Assembly: GCA_965218695.1 (NCBI GenBank)
Contig: OZ244651.1
Coordinates: 704,001 to 768,000, forward strand
Source: Nitrosopumilus sp.
GTDB lineage: Archaea > Thermoproteota > Nitrososphaeria > Nitrososphaerales > Nitrosopumilaceae
Length of the DNA stretch: 64,000 nt
Direction: 5' to 3'
A program made the position numbers and the translations under genes. Under the pieces are notes generated by a model. That model worked only from the letters and a program-made list of their open reading frames with translations. It ran no database searches and was not told where the DNA came from. Shown here in pieces: positions 51,061 to 60,244 of the stretch (position 1 is its first letter; every line of letters begins with the position of its first letter).

Positions 51061-51735
51061 TCAGACAGGCAGAATGGCCCCAACCGGGGAGAGGAGGGCC
51101 AAAGCAACCAGGACAGACGCAGGCACGGCAGCAACGGTAAGAAACGGCACGGCATACTCTACATACTGCGTGTCTGAGGGCTCGGCAAACGCCTGGCCCA
51201 CAGGCTTGTGCCCCAGCTTGAACCTGCGCCTGCCGTCCACGACGTTTTCTGCAAGGAAGGCATGCCTGTCAAACACCCTCTGCCGATGCACCATGAAGAA
51301 CGCCAGACATTTGCGCCACCATTCCTCAGAGACGTCGCCAAACACCCCGCCACGCCTCATGGCATCAGAGGCGTTCAGCAGCGCGTTTCCCGCCACCACC
51401 GACACTGCTGACAGCGCCGTCGCAAATACAAACAATGCCAGCATCGTGGGTATTATGCCCAGATGCACCGGGTGTATCACGGCGCCCGTAATGATGGCAA
51501 GCGCGTCTGCGGTTCCTGCAAGCCTGAGCCTCCACAGCATGACTGCGCCGCCGGCCGAGCACAGCATGACCAGCACCTCGTAGCCGTTTGTGGCCTGCCA
51601 GTCAAGCAGGTATAGCGCGGCTCCTGCGGCGCCGAATGCAAGAAATATCCTGTCGCTTATCATGCGGGTACGGAAATCACACCAGGCAAGCACAAAAAAC
51701 ATGGCCAAAAACAGCACCATGCGGATCTCGTCCAT
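51061..51735 (-). CDS. Prepilin peptidase (A24, PibD/TadV-like)
   Basis: CDFRTRMISD and GTAD catalytic aspartates; YAVPFL C-terminus; multi-TM. Confidence 0.88.
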   Translation of the reverse strand: MDEIRMVLFLAMFFVLAWCDFRTRMISDRIFLAFGAAGAALYLLDWQATNGYEVLVMLCSAGGAVMLWRLRLAGTADALAIITGAVIHPVHLGIIPTMLALFVFATALSAVSVVAGNALLNASDAMRRGGVFGDVSEEWWRKCLAFFMVHRQRVFDRHAFLAENVVDGRRRFKLGHKPVGQAFAEPSDTQYVEYAVPFLTVAAVPASVLVALALLSPVGAILPV

Positions 51736-51755
51736 GGAATGGAGCCACGGGGGGC

Positions 51756-51763
51756 ATAAAAGG
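51756..51763 (-). promoter_or_regulatory. C-type BRE/TATA motif CCTTTTAT
   Basis: 26 nt upstream of ATG 51735. Confidence 0.55.
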
Positions 51764-52216
51764 CATGTCTTTTTGATTGCGGCAGTACCTGGCAGTGCAG
51801 GCGGCATCAGCAAGGGCGTGCTTTGTCTTCAAGGTATGGTCTGATACGTTCCGGCCGTGTTGCCGCACGATGTCGGCAGCCTGCCTCCGCGGTACCGGGT
51901 GCGGCTTGCGACGTGTCTGGTAAAACTAATGTTCACGGTATGGTGTTACCGCCTTTTTGTATGCTTGATCTGGATGTGTCGCAGGCAAGAGTGTTTCCAG
52001 GAGGTCTTTTGTTCCTTAGATTGCTAGCCCGAACAGCAGCGATGCCATGAATCTGCGTGCGGCCTCCTGGTTTTGATCCTGCCATAGGATGTAGCATATC
52101 AGGCCGGTTATTACCCAAAAGAACACGTGACCGGCATACCATAGTTTTGACGGCGTTGCCGGCTTTGGCGGTGGTGGTGGCGCCTCCATGTCATGGCGGA
52201 ACGCTCAGCGTAAAAA

Positions 52217-52226
52217 CCCCTTTTAT
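52217..52226 (+). promoter_or_regulatory. C-rich BRE/TATA motif CCCCTTTTAT, separated from prgI by IS630
   Basis: 26 nt upstream of GTG 53502 once the IS plus one TA is removed. Confidence 0.75.
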
Positions 52227-52244
52227 CTGCCATGATTTCACGTA

Positions 52245-53497
52245 TACCAAAAGTGAAAAGTTGATGCGATTGTCACATATTTTACCGCATCTAGAGTTAT
52301 ACCAATTTCACGTCCCACAGTCAATGAAGATCAAGACGATGTTGAAAAGATACACCGCTGAGACAGACTGCGATACCAAGGACCGCATGATGCTGATCAT
52401 CAGAGTCAAACGTGATGGAATAACCATGAGGGATTCTGCAAAATCCCTGGGAAAGTCAGCCTCGTGGGGCTACAAGTGGCATGAGCGCTACCTGGAAGTC
52501 GGATTTGACAGGCTGGGAAACATGCCGCGCTCCGGCAGGCCGACCAAGGCGAGCAAGGCAGACATGAAGAAGATCAGAAAGGCCGCATGCAGTAAACCGG
52601 TCTGGACGGGCAGGGAGATGCAGCAATACATCCAACAGAAGACCGGAGTAAAGTACGAACTCGGATATGTGCGCCAGATACTGCGCGGGTGGGGCTATTC
52701 CCAAAAGGTTCCCGTAGGAAAACATGCAAGAAGGGCACCTGACGAGGAGATCAGGAAATTCCAAAAAGAGATGCCAGAGATTATAAAAAAAGAACAGTGA
52801 AGGAACAGTCGTAGCGATACAGGACGAGTCCATAGTAATCTCCGATGCGCGGCCGCGAAGACGCGGCTACACCAGGAAGGGAATACGGGCGTTTTTCACG
52901 TACACCGGCTCACACTCCAAGACGATAATCCATGGACTAATCACCACGGACGGCAGGGGCATGTTCCGGCAGTACGATGCGTTTACCAAGGACACCTTTG
53001 AGGACTTTCTAAGGCAGGCGATGTACAGGTTCAAGAAGATCTGCCTGATCATGGACAAGGCCTCCCAGCACAGGGCATCAAACATACGCAAACTGCTTGA
53101 TGGCACAGACGGCCTGGAGATAATCTTCCTGCCAACTGCAACCCCGGACCTGAGCGCCATAGAGACGTACTGGAGGGATCTCAAACGGGCAGTGCTTGAC
53201 GTGCCGTACACCAGCCTGAGCATGCTCCGCGAGGCGATCACCCGGTACACGAGGTACAAAAAACCGAATCTGGTAGTCGAGAATTTTCTGTACAGGGCCA
53301 TCTAGAACGACATCAAACCGCACCGGATCCACGCCGCCTAGCGTGTGCCATGCACGGCGCACCAGAGCATGCAATGTCTAATGTTTGGAGCGTCTTTTCT
53401 CGTCATTTGGGAATTCAACGCACCTCGTAATTTCCAGAGACGGCTGTTGCATCAAAAATTTATGAGCGATTTTGATATGAATTTTTCATTGCTGGTA
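52245..53497 (+). mobile_element. IS630-family element
   Basis: TIRs TACCAAAAGTGAAAAGTT and TACCAGCAATGAAAAATT; TA duplication. Confidence 0.9.
52324..53305 (+). pseudogene. IS630 transposase split by a frameshift near an A7 run (about 52785-52800)
   Basis: HTH half ends at 52800; QDE, MDKASQH and PDLSAIE continue in the +1 frame. Confidence 0.8.
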
Positions 53498-53501
53498 TAG
53501 T

Positions 53502-54173
53502 GTGATTCAAAAGCTGGTCTTCTTTAGGAACACGTCGACGATTAATGAGACGCTGTACAGCAATCCGGTCGGGCAGCTTTCGGTCCGCCAGACGCTGATC
53601 CTCGGGGTCGGGTGCGGTATCATCCTGCTGGGTGCCATGATGACATACAACGCGGAATCAAGGATCATGGACGCTGTATACTATCTTCCTTTACTGATAA
53701 TTCCGCTCGTGCTGGGCCTGTACAAGCCCAAGGTGCTGACGATGGACGAACTGCTCTGCTCCATCATCACCTTTGCGATAAGCGGCTCGTCGGTCAGGCG
53801 GATCTCCAGATCAAGGCCCAAGAGAACCGGCAAGGCAAGAGGCGTCGGCAATTCCAGCAGCCGCATGGGGTACAACACTCTGGAGTGCCAATACGTTCCA
53901 AAGGAGAACATGCGCGCCGTCACGGTGGCAGACCTGACAAAGCCGACGCGCCTAAAGCTGGTGATACAGAGGCCCGACGGCGGAGCGTTCGTAAACCATT
54001 TTGTATCCGTATACCTGGACGGCATCCGCGTCACTGCAATGACTACTGACAGTGCAGGCGAGGTCGAGGCCCTCGTGACGCCGGGAACAGAAGGGGTGCA
54101 TTCGTTGAGGGTCGTGGCAAAGGGGTATGACGAACCTGTCATGGATGGCAAGGTAAAGTTTCAGCGTGGGTGA
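53502..54173 (+). CDS. PrgI/VirB3-like membrane protein with a C-terminal beta-sandwich
   Basis: GQLSVRQ, two TMs, then LGLYKPKVLTMDE. Confidence 0.72.
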   Translation: MIQKLVFFRNTSTINETLYSNPVGQLSVRQTLILGVGCGIILLGAMMTYNAESRIMDAVYYLPLLIIPLVLGLYKPKVLTMDELLCSIITFAISGSSVRRISRSRPKRTGKARGVGNSSSRMGYNTLECQYVPKENMRAVTVADLTKPTRLKLVIQRPDGGAFVNHFVSVYLDGIRVTAMTTDSAGEVEALVTPGTEGVHSLRVVAKGYDEPVMDGKVKFQRG

Positions 54174-54174
54174 G

Positions 54175-54227
54175 TGGCACTGGCAATTTATCGGCAGGCG
54201 GCACCTGCCGACAAGTTACCAGTATCC
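54175..54227. repeat. Imperfect inverted repeat (possible MITE relic)
   Basis: GGCACTGGCAATTTATCGGCAGG paired with CCTGCCGACAAGTTACCAGTATCC. Confidence 0.6.
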
Positions 54228-54295
54228 TGTGTTTCCAGGGCTCGAGACGATACCATTCCCAGACGGCCCATCGGACATCATGCCGCAATAATCTG

Positions 54296-54306
54296 CCCCT
54301 TTTAAT
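54296..54306 (+). promoter_or_regulatory. C-rich BRE/TATA motif CCCCTTTTAAT
   Basis: 26 nt upstream of ATG 54326. Confidence 0.7.
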
Positions 54307-54325
54307 CAGACCGGCCACACCATAC

Positions 54326-54589
54326 ATGACAAAAGATTTTGGGGCAAGATACAACGGGCACGACGTGGTGCTCAGCGTCGGGGAATCAGTCGCGTGCAGG
54401 AGCGACGGCGGTCATGTGTTTTTCAACATTCCAATCATGGACATACGGCTGGCAGTGCTTGCCGGCAGGACATCGTTCAGGCTCAACTGGCAGGATGGAA
54501 GGAAGGTGATAAACGCGCTTGTCAAGTCAGGGCATTCTGCCCGGATAGTCCAAGAGATACGCCTGACAGGGACAGAGGCAAATGAGTAA
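54326..54589 (+). CDS. Small beta-rich protein (possibly PH-like)
   Basis: FNIPIMDI...C-terminal helix; overlaps the next gene. Confidence 0.6.
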   Translation: MTKDFGARYNGHDVVLSVGESVACRSDGGHVFFNIPIMDIRLAVLAGRTSFRLNWQDGRKVINALVKSGHSARIVQEIRLTGTEANE

Positions 54590-55898
54590 AGACGGGCAGG
54601 CTGCATGCAATGACGCGCCGCGCTCAGGCGCACAGGGGCCGTGCCCAAAATCAGGCAAGAAAGAGTACGCATCGACGGTCGAAAAGGGCACCGAGTTTGA
54701 GATTCAGGTGGCAGAACTGTTCAGATCATACGGCTACAAGGTCACGCACGACATCACACTTGTCGGAAAGTCTGGCGCGCCGCACCAGATCGACGTGCTT
54801 GCAGAATATGCGGCACCGCTGCATGCCACCAGGATAGCAGTCGAGGCAAAGGCGTACTCGCACAACGTCGTCAAGGACGTCATAATGAAACTTGCAAACA
54901 TACGCGATGATCTTGGCGTTGAGAGGGCCGTACTGGCTACCACCAAGGAGTTCACGTCAGGCGCGCTGACGACGGCGGCCCAGTACGGTTTTCTGGACAT
55001 GTGGAACGGTGACAAAGTAAACGAACTGATGGCAGACAGGGGAATCGACACCAGCGGCATGGGTCTGATGGGAGCTGCCAAGCGATTCATACCGGACAAG
55101 GCCCGTGCCAAGCGCGTCAGGCGCAACGCCGCAAAGTCGGCCAGGAGGAGATCCGGCGGCATGCTGTTTCGAAGGGGGATGCCCAAAGAGCGCATGGCAG
55201 GCGTTAGCCTAGTATCCTATCCGTACCTTGACGTGGCCGTCCAGACACGCATGGCCAGGGTTGAAAAGACCGGGTGGTGGTGGAGGAGGAAGGAATCGGT
55301 GATGCGCACGGTCGTGGATCACGTCACGCTGGACGGTCGCACGGGGGCGCTGGTGGATTTTGCCAAAAACGAGATGTCGTACCAGTACTCTTATCTCGGA
55401 TCTGTCGGCAGGGACGAGATGGCCATGCTCAAGCAGGCAGCAGGCAGACCGACATTCGGAAGAAACGAGATAATTCTCTCCGAGTTGTCGCCGGGCGCTG
55501 CAAACGCCGTGCTGTTGAGACTTGCCAGCCGCGGAATCATAAAACAGGTAAACGAGAAACCTGCAAGGTACGCGCTGAGGGTGCCTGTCCCGACGAGGCC
55601 AAGCAGCGTAACCGGCATAGACAGGCCGTACGGCAGCAGAATGGGGTATGAGAATCCGGGTAATCGCATGATAGGCCTCCGCGTTCCAGTCGGCAGCATA
55701 GAGGAGGGGCTTGGAAAGATCTGGACCGGGTGCAAGGTGGTGTCTGCAGAGCAGGTGTATTATCCATACTACGACGTGCGGTACGAGTCGTCTGACGGCG
55801 GCAGGAGAAACGAGATGGTAGACGGAGTAACCGGCAGGCCGCAGAAATACCTGGCCGAAGCCATGGCAGAAGACGACCAGTCCTTACCTGCAGTGTGA
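54582..55898 (+). CDS. Mrr-family PD-(D/E)xK endonuclease with a winged-HTH region
   Basis: GTEFE, GKSG..HQIDV, VEAK and FTSGA motifs; LLRLASRGII wHTH. Confidence 0.85.
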   Translation: MSKDGQAACNDAPRSGAQGPCPKSGKKEYASTVEKGTEFEIQVAELFRSYGYKVTHDITLVGKSGAPHQIDVLAEYAAPLHATRIAVEAKAYSHNVVKDVIMKLANIRDDLGVERAVLATTKEFTSGALTTAAQYGFLDMWNGDKVNELMADRGIDTSGMGLMGAAKRFIPDKARAKRVRRNAAKSARRRSGGMLFRRGMPKERMAGVSLVSYPYLDVAVQTRMARVEKTGWWWRRKESVMRTVVDHVTLDGRTGALVDFAKNEMSYQYSYLGSVGRDEMAMLKQAAGRPTFGRNEIILSELSPGAANAVLLRLASRGIIKQVNEKPARYALRVPVPTRPSSVTGIDRPYGSRMGYENPGNRMIGLRVPVGSIEEGLGKIWTGCKVVSAEQVYYPYYDVRYESSDGGRRNEMVDGVTGRPQKYLAEAMAEDDQSLPAV

Positions 55899-56217
55899 TT
55901 CAACTTGGGGGTCGGCCCGCCGATTGCATTTGCAGGGAAAAAAATTCCCCGCAAGCGTTATCTCGATTGAATTCAGGGAAAACCGGCATCGCCAGACGCT
56001 CCATGCCGGGTACGGCGGACCAAGCAGTCAGGATCCGTGATGCGCCGGACATGCCCGTGCTTGCCGGATCCTTGCATGCCCAATGCATGATTAATCCCGT
56101 CTTGACTGCAACATGACGGGTTCCCTGGTTACCTGGATGCTGTACGCGCCATTCAGGCGTGCTGTCGGGTACCGCAGATGCGCCTCGTCTGTCTACATGT
56201 AGTGGTGGCCTGCCAGG

Positions 56218-56526
56218 CTAGCAAGCAGAATTGGACTGGTTGTATCTGAGTATCCTGCACTCTACCCCGCAATACTTTGCCCCGTGCCTGCGGCCGGTTA
56301 TCCTGTCGCCACACCGGAAGCAACGCGTCGGTGCCTCTCCGTGTCCGTACTTGCCCACAGTGTGGCGGGCGTAGCAAAGCCCATTGCAGTATTTGGCATC
56401 GGCCCTCCTTCCCACGAGTTCCTCCCCGCAGTACGCGCATCTTGTCTTCATGCCGCGCCTGAGTTCCTCTATGAACGCCTCGGTGTCATTGGTTATCATG
56501 CCGCTTGTGCTGTACATCTGGCTCAT
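56218..56526 (-). CDS. Double treble-clef-like Zn-finger protein
   Basis: Two CxxCG...GRR..AKYCxxxC repeats. Confidence 0.75.
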   Translation of the reverse strand: MSQMYSTSGMITNDTEAFIEELRRGMKTRCAYCGEELVGRRADAKYCNGLCYARHTVGKYGHGEAPTRCFRCGDRITGRRHGAKYCGVECRILRYNQSNSAC

Positions 56527-56721
56527 TGTCGGTTCTCCATACGTATCCTTTATACACATATATGATATATAAATATAATACTTAAAAATACTGTATATGT
56601 GTGATGTGGTACAGGCACCATGACGTCTTGCGCTTTCAGGCATGGACTCTGACGTGCCGACAGGACTCTTGCGTTGGTTGCCGCATCACAGTACCTTATA
56701 CGCAAAATCCACCTTCTCCCC

Positions 56722-56874
56722 ATGAAGTGTTACATATGCAGCAGCAGCAACGACGACGGCGGCGGCGACTGCACGGAATGCGAATCCTGCGGGGCAGTCG
56801 CGTGCAAAGACCACAGCATGACCGGCAACGGCGGCAAAACATACTGCGGTACGTGCATCGCCATACACGGGTAA
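56722..56874 (+). CDS. 50-aa Cys-rich Zn-finger protein
   Basis: CYIC, CESC, CKDH and CGTC; CCTTATA 26 nt upstream; T-tract downstream. Confidence 0.7.
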   Translation: MKCYICSSSNDDGGGDCTECESCGAVACKDHSMTGNGGKTYCGTCIAIHG

Positions 56875-56946
56875 GGCGTGCCTGCTTTGCCAACCCCTTT
56901 TTTCCAACTTTTACGGGGAGGGGCAGTGGTAACCTGTAGGCAGGCA

Positions 56947-58436
56947 TAGTATTTTGATTAATGATCCGGACAAATGAGTCCACAAACCCGATCCGCTTCT
57001 TGAGGAAACTGAAAGATTCAGATCACCCGATCCCCTCCGGCCTTCATGCCGCATGCAGAAAGGGTAAGACGTGGGGACGGGTTCCTTCCAGGCTTCAGCC
57101 TGCAGGATCTGCAGGAGATGCGGGACGGGGAACGGGACCCCAAGGCAAGGACGATCCTGCAGGCCGCCATCCATCGTAAGACGGGGCTCTCCCTAGACCG
57201 CATAGTCGATGCGATCGGATTCGTTCGCAGTACGGTGTACGGCTGGCTGGCGCGTCTCGCGGCGGGCGGGGTCGGACGCAGGCACGACCGCAAAAGCCCC
57301 GGCAGGCCGTGCCGGCTGGACGAGAGGCAGAGGGTGCAGCTGGACGGAATCATCCGCGAGAGCCCGGAGAGGTCAGGCTTCCACTCCGACATGTGGATCT
57401 CCCGCATGGTCGCAGGCTGCATATGGAAGGTCTTCGGCGTGCGGTACAGCCCCTCCGGAGCCCTCAGGCTGACGGGCAGGATGGGCTTTTCCGTCAGGAA
57501 ACGCAGGCCCGTGCCGCAGAACACCGCCGGCCGGGATGAGATCGAAAGGTACGTGAAGGAGGCTGCCAGGAAGATCGTGTCCTTCCACCGGAGGGGGCAC
57601 ACGCTCTTCTGCCTGGACGCGTGCACAATCGTCAACTCCCCCGCGCCCAGATACGGGATACTGCCAAGGGGGGAGAGGGACACGACATGCATAAGCCGTT
57701 CGAGGAAGGGGGTTCACGTCCTCGGGGCGCTGGGCAGCGAGTCGGTCGAGCTTGACTATCCGGAGAGCCTGAAGTCGGAGGGGGTCATCGCGTTTCTGAG
57801 GCGCCTGCACGGAAAACACGGCAGGATCCTCGTGATACTGGACAACGCGGGGGCTCACAAGAGCCGGGCCATGGGGAAGTACCTGGAAAGCACGGACGGC
57901 GAAGTGGCGCTGCTCTTCCTGCCGCCGCGCACCCCACAGCACAATCCCATCGAGATGCTGTGGAGGGAGATCAAGAAGGCGATATCGAACACGTATTTTG
58001 ACGGGGAGGACGAAATGAAAGAGAGGATCGCGCGGCTGGTGGGGGAAGGCGGAATTCCCAGAATCCGGCTCCTCTGGTACATGCGTGAGGCCGTCTGCCC
58101 GGCCGAAGGGGCAAGGCCTGCCTCCCTTCCGGCTCCCGTTCCTTCCCACAACCGGGCTCCCGTGGAACCTCCCTGCAGGAAGGGGCGCCCGAGATGCCGC
58201 CTGGCCCTACAGAACCGGGCCCCGGTAGCGTTCTAGCCCCCCGTCTTCCACACGGTCCGGCTGAAAGAGGTCGCCGTCCCCACGCCAGGAAGAGAAAAGA
58301 TGTTCCGAACCGTCTCCGCCTAGGCGGAATGCTGCGAAAATCCTTTCATATGCATCATGATAAATCAATTTGCCAATAGAAAGCACGATTGCCGCAGAAT
58401 TATGACCCGTTGTCCGAATCATTAGTCAAAATACTA
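56947..58436 (+). mobile_element. IS630-like element with 27-bp TIRs and a 4-bp GGCA duplication
   Basis: TAGTATTTTGA(T/C)TAATGAT(C/T)CGGACAA; GGCA at 56943-46 and 58437-40. Confidence 0.92.
57046..58236 (+). CDS. IS630 transposase
   Basis: CLDA, LDNAGAH and PQHNPIE motifs. Confidence 0.92.
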   Translation: MPHAERVRRGDGFLPGFSLQDLQEMRDGERDPKARTILQAAIHRKTGLSLDRIVDAIGFVRSTVYGWLARLAAGGVGRRHDRKSPGRPCRLDERQRVQLDGIIRESPERSGFHSDMWISRMVAGCIWKVFGVRYSPSGALRLTGRMGFSVRKRRPVPQNTAGRDEIERYVKEAARKIVSFHRRGHTLFCLDACTIVNSPAPRYGILPRGERDTTCISRSRKGVHVLGALGSESVELDYPESLKSEGVIAFLRRLHGKHGRILVILDNAGAHKSRAMGKYLESTDGEVALLFLPPRTPQHNPIEMLWREIKKAISNTYFDGEDEMKERIARLVGEGGIPRIRLLWYMREAVCPAEGARPASLPAPVPSHNRAPVEPPCRKGRPRCRLALQNRAPVAF

Positions 58437-58537
58437 GGCACACCGGACGTGCGACGGCATGTTTGGTTATTTGTAGGCACTGCCAGACGGCATGGACGTG
58501 TAAAGGGAACCTGGACTGACGCTGTGTGCGGGAACCC

Positions 58538-60244
58538 CTACCTGATCTCCGGCCGCCTGCCAATCCTAGACAGAATCCAGTCTATCTGCCTCTGCATGGC
58601 CTCTATTTTTTTGTCATACGTGCCAAGCAGCGCGTCATCCCTGTAGGAGATGGCCTGCCTGCGTGCAAGTTCCTCCATCAGGCTCTTTATCTCGGCGTCC
58701 ATCTCGCCGAGCCTGGCCTCTGAGCCAACGGGACTCTCGCCGCCCAGCATGCTCTCCGTCTTGCTTATGACGTTGATCTTGCCGGATGCCTTTGCGTACT
58801 CCCGGCGCAGCGTATCGGGATACATGGCAGGCTTTTCATAGGAGTCCCTTGGCTTGTGCCCGAGAATAAAGTCGGCCACATACTGCGCACACCCGCAGTC
58901 CATGAGCGTGGTCTTTAACAGATCACGAAGCTCGTGCGCGCGTATCTTGTACATTCTGTTTCCAATCTTCTTCTGCAGCCCGGCATTGACTGCCAGTTTG
59001 CCCATCTCCATCGATATCCAGATGCTTTTGAGGGGCCGGCCGGACCTGACAAACAGCGGACCGTCGGGATCAAAACCCCCACACTCCCCGATGCGCCAGT
59101 CCAGATAATTCTGTATGGCAGTAATGGCATCAGCATCCAGAAAGGTTATGAACCGCACCCCGGTCTTCATCCTGACGAGCCGGATTGGGACAGGGCACCG
59201 GGCCGTCTCCCATGCGGCGTGGTTGTTTGTCCCGAAGTATTTGGCAATCTGGGAATACGCCTCAAAGTTGAATCGGTCTGCAAGCGTGGACGAGTCCAGT
59301 CCGGCCTGAAACTTTACCAGCAGGACTGCCGTCAGCAGTGCAGACGGCTTTCCCTCAGTCAGCATCCGATGCCACTCGTCCAGCGTCAGTCCGCCCTCGT
59401 CTCTCATCTCCTGCGTGTCATGATCCCGCGGGTCGTACTTCATTCCAACAGGGGACTCGTTTTTTGCAAAATATGACATGATTGCAGAAAACGTGGTACT
59501 CATGCTGCTGGGACCGACATCTCTGTGCATCGGGTCTATGAGGTATGTCCTGATGATCCTTGTGACGTCCTTTTTGGATATGGCAGAATCATCAAACATG
59601 GTCAGGAGCTGCTCAACGTTTTCGAACCGGGTCTCAAGGATTCGCTCCTCCAGGGTGTGGTTCCCAACCCGGACGTTCTGCTTGATCGTAAAGGACCTGG
59701 CAGTCAGCCACCTGTCAAAACTGGCAAGACGGCGCACGTACATGGAGCGGGTGGTGTTGCTGCTGTTGTATGATGCAGACGCGTTCCTGTATCGGCTTCC
59801 ACGCAGCTGCCTTTCCCAGTATTGCACGCTTTGGAGGCAGTTTATGTGGGTTCTCTTTGGGGACATGGTCTTTTTGATTATGCCCCGTTTCTGCGCAATG
59901 CTGAGCGCCTGGTAGTGGTAGTTGATGAACGTCGCCTTTGAGCATGATTTGGGCCTGTCAGGCATGTCCCTTTGGATTATCTCGTCGGCAGAGAACCGCG
60001 TCCCGGTGTCTCCAAACCTGTAGACTATCTGTGTGAACCTTTTGGGCATCCTGTCCAGTCTGTCCGGCGTGGGATGCTGGCATACCTCGTATTGTGTGCC
60101 CCATTGTGGAGTCCCGATGGGCTGCTGCTGTTGCCCGTCTCCCGGGATTGGGGATTGCGGCGTGCGGGGTGTTGTCGGTTGCTCCATGATTGCCTTGCGC
60201 AGTTTCTGCGTTCCTTCGTGATGGGCCGTTTTGGCCTTTTTCAT
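58538..60244 (-). CDS. Tyrosine recombinase/integrase with a long N-terminal extension
   Basis: RMKTG, AHELR, ILGH and SY motifs; GLD where GxR is expected; start uncertain. Confidence 0.85.
   Translation of the reverse strand: MKKAKTAHHEGTQKLRKAIMEQPTTPRTPQSPIPGDGQQQQPIGTPQWGTQYEVCQHPTPDRLDRMPKRFTQIVYRFGDTGTRFSADEIIQRDMPDRPKSCSKATFINYHYQALSIAQKRGIIKKTMSPKRTHINCLQSVQYWERQLRGSRYRNASASYNSSNTTRSMYVRRLASFDRWLTARSFTIKQNVRVGNHTLEERILETRFENVEQLLTMFDDSAISKKDVTRIIRTYLIDPMHRDVGPSSMSTTFSAIMSYFAKNESPVGMKYDPRDHDTQEMRDEGGLTLDEWHRMLTEGKPSALLTAVLLVKFQAGLDSSTLADRFNFEAYSQIAKYFGTNNHAAWETARCPVPIRLVRMKTGVRFITFLDADAITAIQNYLDWRIGECGGFDPDGPLFVRSGRPLKSIWISMEMGKLAVNAGLQKKIGNRMYKIRAHELRDLLKTTLMDCGCAQYVADFILGHKPRDSYEKPAMYPDTLRREYAKASGKINVISKTESMLGGESPVGSEARLGEMDAEIKSLMEELARRQAISYRDDALLGTYDKKIEAMQRQIDWILSRIGRRPEIR

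Noticed and set aside
52785-52800. Programmed -1 frameshift in IS630
   Set aside because: The downstream half is in the +1 frame, so mutation or slippage is more likely.
56894-56903. CCCCTTTTTT as a promoter
   Set aside because: No A tract; it lies just after a stop codon, so it is more likely a terminator.
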